Shown: positions 20,183-29,669 of the stretch, in pieces
How positions within the stretch are numbered: position 1 is the first letter of the stretch
Layout: each line of letters begins with the position of its first letter
NCBI GenBank assembly: GCA_965218295.1
Contig: CBDCKN010000015.1
Location: 288,001-352,000, forward strand
Source of the DNA: Longimicrobiales bacterium
GTDB taxonomy: Bacteria; Gemmatimonadota; Gemmatimonadetes; Longimicrobiales; Gaopeijiaceae
DNA length: 64,000 bases
Direction: 5' to 3'
Notes under the pieces: model-generated
The model's database searches: none
Seen by the model: the letters and a program-made list of their open reading frames with translations, nothing else
Told to the model about the DNA's origin: nothing
Translations under genes and position numbers: made by a program

Positions 20183-21073
20183 GTGACACTCTCCACTCTA
20201 CCGAGCCTCGTCCTCCTAGGCGAAGGATGGGGCGACTTCGTCATCTTCGGATTCGAGGTCCACGTCAGCATTCTCGTGGGCTGTATCTGCCTCACGGCCA
20301 TCTACCTCATGGCCGTGGGGCCGGCTCGGAGGCGCTTCGGATGGTCTGATACGGGCGCGAGCCCGTGGAGGATGGCGGCGTACCTGGGTGGGGTGGGGAT
20401 CATCTTCTTTTCACTAAACGGTCCCCTCCACGCGCTCAGCGACGAGTACCTGTTCGCGGCCCACATGGTGCAGCACATGCTGCTCATGCTCATCATGCCG
20501 CCGCTGTTGATCCTGGGGGTTCCGCCCTGGCTGATCAGCAAAGCCCTGGAGCGGCCGGCCATCCTGAAGGCGGGCCGCATGCTGACCCATCCCGCGGTGG
20601 CGTTCGCCGCATACAACGTAGTCTTCATCGGGTGGCACCTACCTCCCATCTACAACGCCGCCCTGGCCAACCACGACGTCCACATCCTACAGCACCTCAT
20701 GTTCATCTCCGTGGCCACCATGATGTGGTGGGCCGTGGTCAACCCGGTGCCGGAGCTGGAGAGGATCCCCACGGGGCCACTGCTGATGATGTACGTCTTC
20801 GCGTTCGGTATTCCGTCCACTGCGGTCTCGGCGTTCATCACGCTCTCGGACAAGATGCTCTATCCCTTGTACGAGCTGGCTCCGCGGGTGACGGCTCTCA
20901 CTCCGTTGGAGGATCAGCGTCTCGGCGGTCTGATCATGTGGATTCCCGGAATGCTCATTTTCTGGGTCGCCATCTCCATCGTCTTCTTCCGCTGGACGAA
21001 AGACGAGTACCGGGGCTGGAAGGCGGAGGCCGAGGAGCTGGCGGGAGCTCCGGCATCCGAGTGGAGGCCGTGA
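20183..21073 (+). CDS. ctaG: caa3-type oxidase assembly factor CtaG
   Basis: LFAAHMVQHMLL, WHLP..YN, HILQH, DQRLGGLIMWIPG. Confidence 0.92.
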   Translation: MTLSTLPSLVLLGEGWGDFVIFGFEVHVSILVGCICLTAIYLMAVGPARRRFGWSDTGASPWRMAAYLGGVGIIFFSLNGPLHALSDEYLFAAHMVQHMLLMLIMPPLLILGVPPWLISKALERPAILKAGRMLTHPAVAFAAYNVVFIGWHLPPIYNAALANHDVHILQHLMFISVATMMWWAVVNPVPELERIPTGPLLMMYVFAFGIPSTAVSAFITLSDKMLYPLYELAPRVTALTPLEDQRLGGLIMWIPGMLIFWVAISIVFFRWTKDEYRGWKAEAEELAGAPASEWRP

Positions 21074-21074
21074 G

Positions 21075-21125
21075 CGGCGCCTCGGCACTCTCGGTGGCTC
21101 GCGAACTTCTGGGACACCACACTAG
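21075..21125. repeat. Right-end remnant of the CTAG-ended MITE
   Basis: cggcgcctcggcactctcggtggctcgcgaacttc...acactag aligns without gaps to 45705-45755. Confidence 0.65.
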
Positions 21126-21161
21126 ATTGGTGCGTCACCGTTTCACCGCACGGAGAAGCAC

Positions 21162-21362
21162 GTGTCCCTCGTTGCCTTCCATCGAGTTCTCATCGCGGCC
21201 GCCATCCTCTTCTGCACGGGCTACGGCGGCTACGAGCTCGTAGGGTTCTCGAAGGATGGGGGCACCCCTGGCCTCGTCATGGGGGGCATCTTCCTGATCC
21301 TGGCCGCCGGCCTCTCCTACTACCTCTGGCGCCTCAACCGCTTCCTCGGCTACGAGGAATAG
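21162..21362 (+). CDS. Small two-TM membrane protein
   Basis: 66 aa, GGAG RBS, two hydrophobic helices. Confidence 0.7.
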   Translation: MSLVAFHRVLIAAAILFCTGYGGYELVGFSKDGGTPGLVMGGIFLILAAGLSYYLWRLNRFLGYEE

Positions 21363-21526
21363 GCGGCGGAGCCCGGGTTCTCCCGCGTCGGCCCCGGGGC
21401 ATCCTGAGCCGAGATGGGACTGTACGTGAGGAGGGCTACGAGCGCGGCGGCAATCAACATCGACATCGGCTTGGTCATGATATCCGGGGGGGTCCTTCAT
21501 CACGGCCGATCTCGGACCGACGTGGC

Positions 21527-22489
21527 TCAGTCCGTCTTGTCCAAGGGGTTCTCGGCCAAGACCCTCTGCAGCTCCGGGTGCTTGACCCACAGGTAATACC
21601 CCATGGCAACCGAGGCCAACACGTTGCCCACGGCGATGGCCCACCACGCCAGGGGACCGAGGAGGAACTCGGCGGCCAGCGCCATGAGGCCCATGAAGAA
21701 CGCCTCGAAGGCCACGAAGAGCATTACCCCCGCCAGGATGAGGGGAGGCGTATCCTCGGCGTAACACGCGATGGCTGCGGCGACGAAACCGGTAGCGATG
21801 AACGCACCGATGTGGACGATGGTGTATCCCATCACGGTCGCGCTCGACACGCTGACGGCGTCCAGATCGGTGGAGCCCAGGAAGAGCGCGGACCCCAGAG
21901 CTCCTGGCGTGAAGAAGGGTTGCCCACGCCCCATATCAATGATGAGGAACCAGAGGGCCACCACACCGGCACCGATGAGCCCCGACACCAGTCCCTCTTT
22001 GAACATCCGGTGCTCGTCCAAGAGGGCCCACCACGATACCGGTGGCGTGGCGCCCGTGAGGTGGAGGAACCCCATCAAGGTCACGCCCGCGATGAGATTG
22101 CCGGCCACAACCGCGGGCCAGCCGAGCTCTGCGACGACGTCTACGCCTGTGACCGAGACGCTCGTGTAGAAGACGATGTCGAAGAGGGCGAATCCGAGTA
22201 CGAGCCCCAGGAAGACATTGGGTGCCGTATACATCTTCGACAGCGTCCACGACATAAGGAGGCCGACCGCGATGAATGCGGCGTAGTGGATGAGCGTGTA
22301 AAAGAAGACGGGGCCCAGGCTTCGGCTGATGTCCCCGGTGCCGAGAATGGCTCCGGCCAGGAACGCTGGAGTTCGGAACGGCTCGCCCTCGGAGCCGTCG
22401 ATGATCAGGAACCAGAAGGCCATAGCCGTGGCGCCGAGGAATCCGGCCGCGACACCCCGAGGAACCACCCCGCGGAAACGCTCCCTCAT
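21527..22489 (-). CDS. Polytopic membrane protein with an internal duplication
   Basis: Two copies of WFLIID...G.PF.TP..L...YT..H..AFIA.G...GN. Confidence 0.85.
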   Translation of the reverse strand: MRERFRGVVPRGVAAGFLGATAMAFWFLIIDGSEGEPFRTPAFLAGAILGTGDISRSLGPVFFYTLIHYAAFIAVGLLMSWTLSKMYTAPNVFLGLVLGFALFDIVFYTSVSVTGVDVVAELGWPAVVAGNLIAGVTLMGFLHLTGATPPVSWWALLDEHRMFKEGLVSGLIGAGVVALWFLIIDMGRGQPFFTPGALGSALFLGSTDLDAVSVSSATVMGYTIVHIGAFIATGFVAAAIACYAEDTPPLILAGVMLFVAFEAFFMGLMALAAEFLLGPLAWWAIAVGNVLASVAMGYYLWVKHPELQRVLAENPLDKTD

Positions 22490-22647
22490 GGTGCCCCCCC
22501 TTGTTCGTGCGCCCCCTCACCGTGCAGGCGCTCCTTCTTGAACTGCTTGAAGAGGAAGATGCCGAACGCTATGCCCAAGGAGACCGGTACGGCGGCCATT
22601 ATGACGCCACCGAGGAACAACCCCAATCGCAGACCCTCGTTGTCCAC
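22486..22647 (-). CDS. 53-aa single-TM protein, absent from the ORF track
   Basis: GGAG RBS + GTG; MDNEGLRLGLFLGGVIMAAVPVSLGIAFGIFLFKQFKKERLHGEGAHEQGGAP; stop overlaps the next ATG. Confidence 0.7.
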   Translation of the reverse strand: MDNEGLRLGLFLGGVIMAAVPVSLGIAFGIFLFKQFKKERLHGEGAHEQGGAP

Positions 22648-22711
22648 GCTACCGCTCCATCTCGCGTAATCGCTGCTCGGCGATCATTACGGGCTTGCTC
22701 GGCAATCCACT

Positions 22712-22978
22712 CTAGAATTCTGTGATGACGGCCAGCACCAGAATCACAGCCAGTGGAAGCGGCGAGGCCGCCAACACCCAGAGCCGCCGGGGCTCGTAGC
22801 GGAGATGCATGAAGTACATCGCCACCAGCAGTGCCTTCCACAGCGCCATGATGATCAATCCCGTTGCGAGCCAGACCTTCGGGAGATCCATGAACGCGTA
22901 TCCGACCTCGGCCATCGTCAGCACGAGGAGGACGACCCAGATCAGGATATAACGGGGTTGCGGATGCTCTTCCATCAT
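22712..22978 (-). CDS. ctaF: Cytochrome c oxidase subunit IV family (second oxidase)
   Basis: LLVLTMAEV, KALLVAMYFMHLRYE. Confidence 0.9.
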   Translation of the reverse strand: MMEEHPQPRYILIWVVLLVLTMAEVGYAFMDLPKVWLATGLIIMALWKALLVAMYFMHLRYEPRRLWVLAASPLPLAVILVLAVITEF

Positions 22979-22985
22979 TCCTCCT

Positions 22986-23036
22986 CGCTCATATCAGGTA
23001 CGCGCTCATATCAGGGACACGCTCATATCAAGTAGA
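22986..23036. repeat. Three imperfect 17-bp tandem repeats (core CGCTCATATCA)
   Basis: cgctcatatcaggtacg / cgctcatatcagggaca / cgctcatatcaagtaga. Confidence 0.85.
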
Positions 23037-23679
23037 CGACGGTGAAGAGAAGAATCCACACCAGATCCACGAAGTGCCAGTACAGGCCGATGACTTCGAC
23101 GCCCTGGTGATTCTCCTTGGTATAGCCTCCACGGAGTGCCTTTCCGAATACGAACCAGAGGGCCAGCACTCCCAGGGTCACGTGTGCTCCATGGAAGCCG
23201 GTCATGGCGTAGAAGGTCGCCCCGTAGAGGGGTCCACCGAGGGCCGGACCCTCGTGTGGATTCCCCCGGCCCAGCGCGTGATACGCGTCGAGCATGGGGA
23301 CGAATCCTTCTGCGGACAACACGTTGTACTCCACCGCCTGAATGCCCACGAAGAGCGTTCCGATGAGGATCGTGGCCAGGAGCCAGAGCTTCAACCCCTT
23401 CTGATCTCCATGCTGGATGGCCGCGAAGGCCTTCACCATCGTCACCGACGAGCAGATCAGAAAGAAGGTGTTCAGGGCCGTGAGGGGGACGTTCAGGATC
23501 ACGCCCGGATCCGTCCAATGGTCCGGGTGCGCGAAGCGCAGGATGACGTATGAGCCGATCAGCGAAGTGAAGAACATCACCTCGCTGAGCAGGAACACCC
23601 ACATGCCCAGCTTGTTGTTGTAGACCATCATCCCGGGCATGGGCCTACGGTCCATCGTCGCAGTTGCAGCCTGGCTCAC
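23023..23679 (-). CDS. ctaE: Cytochrome c oxidase subunit III (second oxidase)
   Basis: LGMWVFLLSEVMFF, TGFHGAHV, LYWHFVDLVW. Confidence 0.96.
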   Translation of the reverse strand: MSQAATATMDRRPMPGMMVYNNKLGMWVFLLSEVMFFTSLIGSYVILRFAHPDHWTDPGVILNVPLTALNTFFLICSSVTMVKAFAAIQHGDQKGLKLWLLATILIGTLFVGIQAVEYNVLSAEGFVPMLDAYHALGRGNPHEGPALGGPLYGATFYAMTGFHGAHVTLGVLALWFVFGKALRGGYTKENHQGVEVIGLYWHFVDLVWILLFTVVYLI

Positions 23680-23682
23680 AGG

Positions 23683-25479
23683 TCAGTCTCCGGGAACGGG
23701 TTCAGGGGTGGGCGCTTGAACGCTCTGTCCTCCAACGTCGCTCGTGGGTGGCGGCACGTGTTGCGGATAGAAGTCCTCCTCCCTGTCGGGGTGGCTGTAC
23801 TCATACGGCCCGCGGTACACGATGGGGATCTCCGGGAAGTTTCCGTGGGGCGGAGGAGACGGAACGGACCACTCGAGCGTATTACACTCCCAGGGGTTGT
23901 TGCCGGCCTTCTTACCCTTGAACAGGCTCCACAGGAAGTTGAGGGCGAAGATGGCCTGCGCGCCGGCGAATATGAACATGTTGATGGTTATGAACGTGTT
24001 CATCGGCTGAAGAGCCTGCAGGAACTCGTACTGGTTGGGGTCGTAGATTCGGCGCATCATCCCCTGGACGCCCAGGTTGTGCATGGGGAAGAAGGTCAGG
24101 TTGTAGAAGATGAACGACAGGACCCAGTGCACTTTGCCCAGGCCTTCGTGCATCATCCGCCCGAACAGCTTCGGGAACCAGAACGTGATGCCGGCGAAGA
24201 TCCCGAACAGGGTGCCGCCCACGAGGACGTAGTGGAGATGCGCCACGATGAAGTACGTGTCGTGGATGTAGATGTCCACCGGCGCCGCCGCCATGAAGAT
24301 TCCCGACAGGCCGCCGATGATGAAGAGCGACACGAAGGAGACGGCGTGGAGAAGCGGCGTGTCGAAGTGGATGTTCCCGCGCCACAACGTCCCCATCCAA
24401 TTGAACACCTTGATGGCCGACGGCACGGCGATGACCACCGTGGTGACCACGAACGTCATGCCCAGGAGCGGGTTCATGCCGCTCTGGAACATGTGGTGTC
24501 CCCAGACGATCCACCCCAGGAACGCGATGGAGACGAGGGCCAGGACCATGGAGTGGTACCCGAAGATCGGCTTCCGTGACCTGCAGGAGATCACATCCGA
24601 GACCAACCCCATGGCCGGAAGGATCAGGATGTACACCTCCGGGTGGCCGAAGAACCAGAAGATGTGCTGCCACAATAGCGGCTCGCCGCTCCCCTCGGGT
24701 CGGAAGAAGGCGGTCCCGATGGTCTGGTCGAACAGCAGCAGGATGAGTCCACCCGTCAGGATCGGCACGGCCAGGAGGAGCAGCCAAGCCGTGATGAAGA
24801 TTGCCCAGGTGGCAAGGGGAATCCGGAACCAGGTCATCCCCGGCGCCCGCATGTTGATCACCGTGGAGACGTAGTTGATGGCGCCGGTGATGGACGAGAA
24901 GCCCACGATGATGAGGCTGACCAGCCAGAGCTGCTGTCCCAGGTAGACGCCGGTCCACTCGCCCGACGCGCTCAGGGGCGCGTAGGATGTCCAACCGGCC
25001 CCGGCCGCTCCCCCCTCCACGAAGAAGCTGGCCAGCATGACCACACCGGCGACCGGAACGATCCAGAAGGACGCCATGTTGAGGCGAGGGAACGCCATGT
25101 CGTCGGCGCCGATCTGGAGGGGGATCAGCAGATTACCGAAGACACCCGCCAGCATGGGCATGAGCGCGAAGAACACCATGAAGGTGGCGTGCATCGTCAC
25201 CAGCGAGTTGTAGAACTCCGGGAGGATGATCCCGCCTGGAGCCATCGTGTCCGGCAAGAAGCGGCCGAGGGGCATCGGTTGACCGGGGAACCCGAGCTGC
25301 CAGCGGACCATCCCGGCCAGGATGCCCCCCACCAGCAGGAAGAACAGGGCGGCGAAGAGGAACTGCCGGGCGATCATCTTGTGATCGGTGGAGAACACGT
25401 ACGTCCTGATGAAGCCCAGGTCGTGGTGCCCCTCAGCGTGGCCGGTGTGCGTCTCGGCTACGGCGGTGGTGGTCATCAT
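23683..25479 (-). CDS. ctaD: Cytochrome c oxidase subunit I, type A1 (second oxidase)
   Basis: STDHK, TMHA, IGADD, GHPEVY, WGHHM, PSAIK, HLHY. Confidence 0.97.
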   Translation of the reverse strand: MMTTTAVAETHTGHAEGHHDLGFIRTYVFSTDHKMIARQFLFAALFFLLVGGILAGMVRWQLGFPGQPMPLGRFLPDTMAPGGIILPEFYNSLVTMHATFMVFFALMPMLAGVFGNLLIPLQIGADDMAFPRLNMASFWIVPVAGVVMLASFFVEGGAAGAGWTSYAPLSASGEWTGVYLGQQLWLVSLIIVGFSSITGAINYVSTVINMRAPGMTWFRIPLATWAIFITAWLLLLAVPILTGGLILLLFDQTIGTAFFRPEGSGEPLLWQHIFWFFGHPEVYILILPAMGLVSDVISCRSRKPIFGYHSMVLALVSIAFLGWIVWGHHMFQSGMNPLLGMTFVVTTVVIAVPSAIKVFNWMGTLWRGNIHFDTPLLHAVSFVSLFIIGGLSGIFMAAAPVDIYIHDTYFIVAHLHYVLVGGTLFGIFAGITFWFPKLFGRMMHEGLGKVHWVLSFIFYNLTFFPMHNLGVQGMMRRIYDPNQYEFLQALQPMNTFITINMFIFAGAQAIFALNFLWSLFKGKKAGNNPWECNTLEWSVPSPPPHGNFPEIPIVYRGPYEYSHPDREEDFYPQHVPPPTSDVGGQSVQAPTPEPVPGD

Positions 25480-26159
25480 CAGTCGTCCTCCCCCTCGGCT
25501 TGCTGGCCGGCAAGCCAGGCTTGGAAGTCGGCCTGCGAATGGACCGTGACCGTCCCCTTCATGCGATAGTGTCCGAGTCCACACAGCTCTGCGCAAGCGA
25601 GGGGGAACTCACCCGTGCGGGTCGCCTCGAACCAGACCGGTGTCATGTGGCCGGGGACCGCGTCCTGCTTTACGCGGAACTGGGGAAGGAAGAAGGAGTG
25701 GATCACGTCCTCGGCGCGGAGGTTGACCCGCACTGGCCGATCCACCGGGATGTGCAGTGCGTTGCGAGATACGAAGTCGTCCGAAGTGCCGAGCTGGCCG
25801 TCCGCACCAGCGTAGGTGGCGTTCCACTCGAACTGCTTCGCCGTGATGTCGATCTGGTCCGCGTCGGGCGGAATGCGCGCCGGATCCCGAATCTCGTCCC
25901 AGATCCCCTTGGAGTAGATGGCCAGCCCCATGACGATGATGAACGGTATGACGGTCCAAACGACCTCCGCCTTGTTGCTCCCGTGGATGTACTCCGCCTT
26001 GCGACCTTCCCTGTGGCGGTACTTCACGAGGAAGACAACCAGCGTGATCTCCGTGATGAAGAACACGATTCCCGTAATCCACAGGATCACGTAGTAGAGG
26101 TTGTCCAAGGCCGGCCCGAAGGTGGAAACGGTCTCCGGCATGAGCCAGGAAAAGTTCAT
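25479..26159 (-). CDS. ctaC: Cytochrome c oxidase subunit II without fused heme c
   Basis: DVIHSFF, CAELCGLGHYRM CuA site; no CxxCH. Confidence 0.96.
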   Translation of the reverse strand: MNFSWLMPETVSTFGPALDNLYYVILWITGIVFFITEITLVVFLVKYRHREGRKAEYIHGSNKAEVVWTVIPFIIVMGLAIYSKGIWDEIRDPARIPPDADQIDITAKQFEWNATYAGADGQLGTSDDFVSRNALHIPVDRPVRVNLRAEDVIHSFFLPQFRVKQDAVPGHMTPVWFEATRTGEFPLACAELCGLGHYRMKGTVTVHSQADFQAWLAGQQAEGEDD

Positions 26160-26248
26160 CCCACTGGTCTCCCGAGCTTGAGGTTGACTCTCACAGTCAC
26201 GACGGGTCGGGCCCGTCGGCCGACGCTGACCGACGGACCCGGCACGTT

Positions 26249-27103
26249 CTAGTCTCTGTCGACGGCCATGCCGTGGTCGTGGAGATCGACAGCCTCACCC
26301 AACGGCACCACGGCGCTGGCCATGGAAGCGCTGAATGTGAACGTGATCTCCGCCGTTTCGCCAGTAGCCACGGTGACGTTCTGCGTCTGGGTGCCGTAGC
26401 GCTCGTGCCACGCCTCGATGACATAGTCACCCGGGGGCAGCGTGGACAGGTCGAAGCTTCCGTCGGAGCCGGACACCGAGTGGTACGGGTGTTCGAGAAC
26501 GCCGATGTATGCGTTCATCCACCCGTGCACGTCACAGCGCACCGGCACCATGACCTCCGCCGTGCGGAAACTGCGGGTGCTCTCCATGTTCATGGGTTGG
26601 CTCGTGTTGAAGCCCCGCTGCTCGGTCGGCGACGCGTTGATGTTGTGCAGAAGACCGTCGCTGTTGCGGATGGTGATGTCCTGGCCCGTCATGACCCCCA
26701 GAACGTGCGGGATGTACGTGCATCCGTCCTGGTCCAGGAGCGCCGGGCCGGGCGTCGGGAACTGGAGGCCCTCCAGCCCCTCCTTCACGTAGACGAACAC
26801 ATTGGCGAGAGAGCCGTCGTCCACCACGACCTCTTCGGCCATGGGCGCGGAGGCATGCTTGTCCGCGCACACCTGCTCGTCGCTCATGTCGATGGCGTCC
26901 ATAGCGGGAGCGTCACCCTCGAAGACGACGGTCCCGGCGATGTTGCCCGCGGTGGCCGCATCGACCGGGTTCTCCATCCCCATGGATCCGCTACCGGAGT
27001 CACCGGAGCCGCTCCCACCGCCGTCACCCCCACCACAACCCGCCGCCAAGAGTGTCACAAGCGCGGGGGTCATCACCCAGCGCAGTGCAGTTCGATCCGA
27101 CAT
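26249..27103 (-). CDS. Lipoprotein with cupredoxin-like and carboxypeptidase-regulatory-like domains
   Basis: Lipobox LAAGC; LLHN...CDVHGWM candidate type-1 Cu ligands; DGSF....LPPGDY..EAWHE. Confidence 0.75.
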   Translation of the reverse strand: MSDRTALRWVMTPALVTLLAAGCGGGDGGGSGSGDSGSGSMGMENPVDAATAGNIAGTVVFEGDAPAMDAIDMSDEQVCADKHASAPMAEEVVVDDGSLANVFVYVKEGLEGLQFPTPGPALLDQDGCTYIPHVLGVMTGQDITIRNSDGLLHNINASPTEQRGFNTSQPMNMESTRSFRTAEVMVPVRCDVHGWMNAYIGVLEHPYHSVSGSDGSFDLSTLPPGDYVIEAWHERYGTQTQNVTVATGETAEITFTFSASMASAVVPLGEAVDLHDHGMAVDRD

Positions 27104-27127
27104 ACATCCTCCGATACTGTGAATGGT

Positions 27128-28858
27128 TCAGCCTTGTTTTGATTCGGTCTCTTCCACGATCTCGCCTTCACGCTCTCGCTTCTGCGCCCTACCGACCACG
27201 AGAATCCCCAGCCCCGCCGTAAGCATCATAGCCACTACGGGAGCGACGAACACCGTGTTGGGAGTGGGCTCCTGGAGGAACAAGAAGTACCACGAGCTCA
27301 CGGAGCTACGCGTGCCCGATTCTCCGTTGTCCCCGTCCCAGGCGAAGAACGCCACCGGAATGGCCTGGCCGGTGATGAAGTCCAGATCGCCCTCGTCCTC
27401 GGTGAGCAGGGTGCGAGTGAACATAACCTGCCACTGCCCATCCTCGTGGGAGGCGCTCACCGCGAGATCCTGTCCGTCCGACGGGTAGCTCTCCGTGCCG
27501 ATCCCCCGGGCCTCGCCCTCGAGGGCCGTGCTTCGGTCGCTCTGCCACTGCCAGAGGTAGACCGGTCGACGGTTGTCGCCCCGCATGAAGTAGGGGCGCT
27601 CCATCCCCTGCGGCATCTGCATGGGGAACTGGAGAAGGAGCTGGTCCGGTGTGGGTCCCGACTCGGGTGGGTCTCCCTCTTTGGGGCCCATGAACGAGAT
27701 GACCTGCGACTTCCAGTCGGCCCAGTCGGGATCGGGGCTCAGGCTGGGGTCGCTCCAGCGGACCCGCACGGCGACTTCTTGGCCGTCGTGGAGGGCCTGG
27801 ACCCACACGCCGTCCGCACGAGGATCGAACCAGCGAGGCTTCACGATGATCTGTCCCGCCAGCGGGATATAGGCCGGCTCGGTGGTGTCCCACAGGGCGT
27901 CGTCAACGGACGTGGGAAGCGGCACGTCCTCGAGGAGTGCGGCCCGCACGACCTCGTTGATGCCGGGCTCTTCCTCGGGGGAGAAGCTCCGGACGTAATG
28001 CGCCAGCGCCCAGAGCTGGTCGTCGGTCATGACCTGGGCGTCGATCAGGTCCGAGAAGTTGGGCATGGGGGTCCCGTCCAGGCCCGTTCGAAGGCGGCGA
28101 TAGATGTCCTCCACCGTGCCACCACCGTTGAACAGCCAGTTCTCCGTGAGATCGGTCGCTCGGATCGGGAAGTCGCTGTCGTCGCCAAGGGTGGGCGAGG
28201 ACTGCCCCTCCCCACGACCTTGGTCGCCATGACACTTCCAGCACTCGATGGCTTCGTATTGGGCCTTGCCCTCGGCGAGTACTTCGTCCGACACCCGGGT
28301 GGGGCGGCCGAAGTCGAGGGGCTCGGGGACTTCGTCGGGCGAGAAGAAACGCGAGAAGCCCTTGAGGTATTGAACCAGGGCATCGCGCTCCTGCCGCGAC
28401 AGCAGATCCTCCCAACCCGGCATAGTCGTACCGGGCATCCCGAGGTCGATGACATTGAGCATGTCCTCGTCCGTCGGGAGCTCCCCGCTGGCCGTCGACC
28501 GGATCTGGTAGAGGGCCTGAGTGAAGTCGCGCGGGCGAGGGAGCATCATCTCGGCGCCCGGGCCCGTTCCTGTCCCGTCGACCCCGTGGCACCCCGCACA
28601 CCATCTTTCGTAGGTGGCCTTCCCGAGATCGTCACCCTCCTGGCCTGCTAGCCCCGCTGCCCCCAGCCCGCCCACCCCCAGCCCGCCCACCAGGAAGAGC
28701 ACAGATGCTGCAACCGCCAGTCCGGAGGCGAGGCCAGTGCGAGGATCCCTTGGCCCACACGTTCGGGGGCCCGCCTCCGTGTTCTCTCCCACACCTCGCC
28801 GAGGGCCCGCCGCGAGATTCCCCTCGAAGCGACGTTCAATCGCAGATTTGCGCATCAC
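27128..28858 (-). CDS. Diheme cytochrome c fused to an ethylbenzene dehydrogenase gamma-like (EB_dh) domain, membrane-anchored
   Basis: CAGCH, CWKCH, PRPRDF, GTPMP; V.ALHDG...VRWSD, PVYLWQW, AFFAWDG; C-terminal TM. Confidence 0.85.
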   Translation of the reverse strand: MMRKSAIERRFEGNLAAGPRRGVGENTEAGPRTCGPRDPRTGLASGLAVAASVLFLVGGLGVGGLGAAGLAGQEGDDLGKATYERWCAGCHGVDGTGTGPGAEMMLPRPRDFTQALYQIRSTASGELPTDEDMLNVIDLGMPGTTMPGWEDLLSRQERDALVQYLKGFSRFFSPDEVPEPLDFGRPTRVSDEVLAEGKAQYEAIECWKCHGDQGRGEGQSSPTLGDDSDFPIRATDLTENWLFNGGGTVEDIYRRLRTGLDGTPMPNFSDLIDAQVMTDDQLWALAHYVRSFSPEEEPGINEVVRAALLEDVPLPTSVDDALWDTTEPAYIPLAGQIIVKPRWFDPRADGVWVQALHDGQEVAVRVRWSDPSLSPDPDWADWKSQVISFMGPKEGDPPESGPTPDQLLLQFPMQMPQGMERPYFMRGDNRRPVYLWQWQSDRSTALEGEARGIGTESYPSDGQDLAVSASHEDGQWQVMFTRTLLTEDEGDLDFITGQAIPVAFFAWDGDNGESGTRSSVSSWYFLFLQEPTPNTVFVAPVVAMMLTAGLGILVVGRAQKREREGEIVEETESKQG

Positions 28859-29652
28859 GGCTCACCCCCTTCCTCGGCTTCCTCCCAAGTGCGGGGCTCG
28901 TGCCCCGATTGTTCGTAAAGGAAGATGATCACGGACCAGATCTCGTCCGCCGTGAGGAAGTCCTCCCAGGCCGGCATGGCCGAGTTCCAGGGCGCGCCCT
29001 CGTTGGGAAGCCCCGGGCCGCCCTTGGCGATCCGCCAGAACACGAAGCTCTCGGTGAGCTGCGCGATAGTGCCCACGTCCTCGAAGCTCGCCGGAGTCGG
29101 GTTGAACACTGCTGCGTAGTGCCCCTGCCCGCTGAGCCCGTCGCCGTGACAGGCGAGACAATTCTGGTAGTAGACCCGCTTGCCCTCTTCGTAGTGATCC
29201 TCCAGAGACCCGGTTGTCCTCAGAGGGTTCTCGAGCCCGGAGAGCTGCATGGTCTCGCCCTGAAAGTCGATCTGGCCGGGAGGCGCCGGATGAATGGACC
29301 TGAGGCTCAGAGGCGCGGCTACCGAGGGCCGCACCTGGTTGAACGTGCCGAAGGCTACCAGGACCGGAATGGCCACCATGAAGACGCCGCGCACCGTCTT
29401 GCGCTCCGGATCCACCATCGTCCTGTGGAACGGCGCCTTGAACTCCGTCCAACGCTCCTCGTTGTCGCTCACCCAGAGCAGAACCCCCACCGCGGCTGTC
29501 AGCATGAACTGAAAAAGGACGGAGTTCGGGACCGGAGCGCTGGCGATCCCAACCAGAGGGGGGAGGTATACGATGCCGTAGTCCAGCAACACGTACGACA
29601 GCACCAGAACCGTTACCGCCTGACCGAACGGATGCTTGAAGTGCTTGCCCAT
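28855..29652 (-). CDS. Membrane-anchored monoheme cytochrome c
   Basis: Three N-terminal TM helices, CLACH, SAMPAW. Confidence 0.9.
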   Translation of the reverse strand: MGKHFKHPFGQAVTVLVLSYVLLDYGIVYLPPLVGIASAPVPNSVLFQFMLTAAVGVLLWVSDNEERWTEFKAPFHRTMVDPERKTVRGVFMVAIPVLVAFGTFNQVRPSVAAPLSLRSIHPAPPGQIDFQGETMQLSGLENPLRTTGSLEDHYEEGKRVYYQNCLACHGDGLSGQGHYAAVFNPTPASFEDVGTIAQLTESFVFWRIAKGGPGLPNEGAPWNSAMPAWEDFLTADEIWSVIIFLYEQSGHEPRTWEEAEEGGEP

Positions 29653-29669
29653 TCGTGTTCCGCCTCCCC

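Noticed and set aside
22986..23036. Short repeats as a CRISPR array
   Set aside because: 11-bp cores with 6-bp gaps and no cas genes
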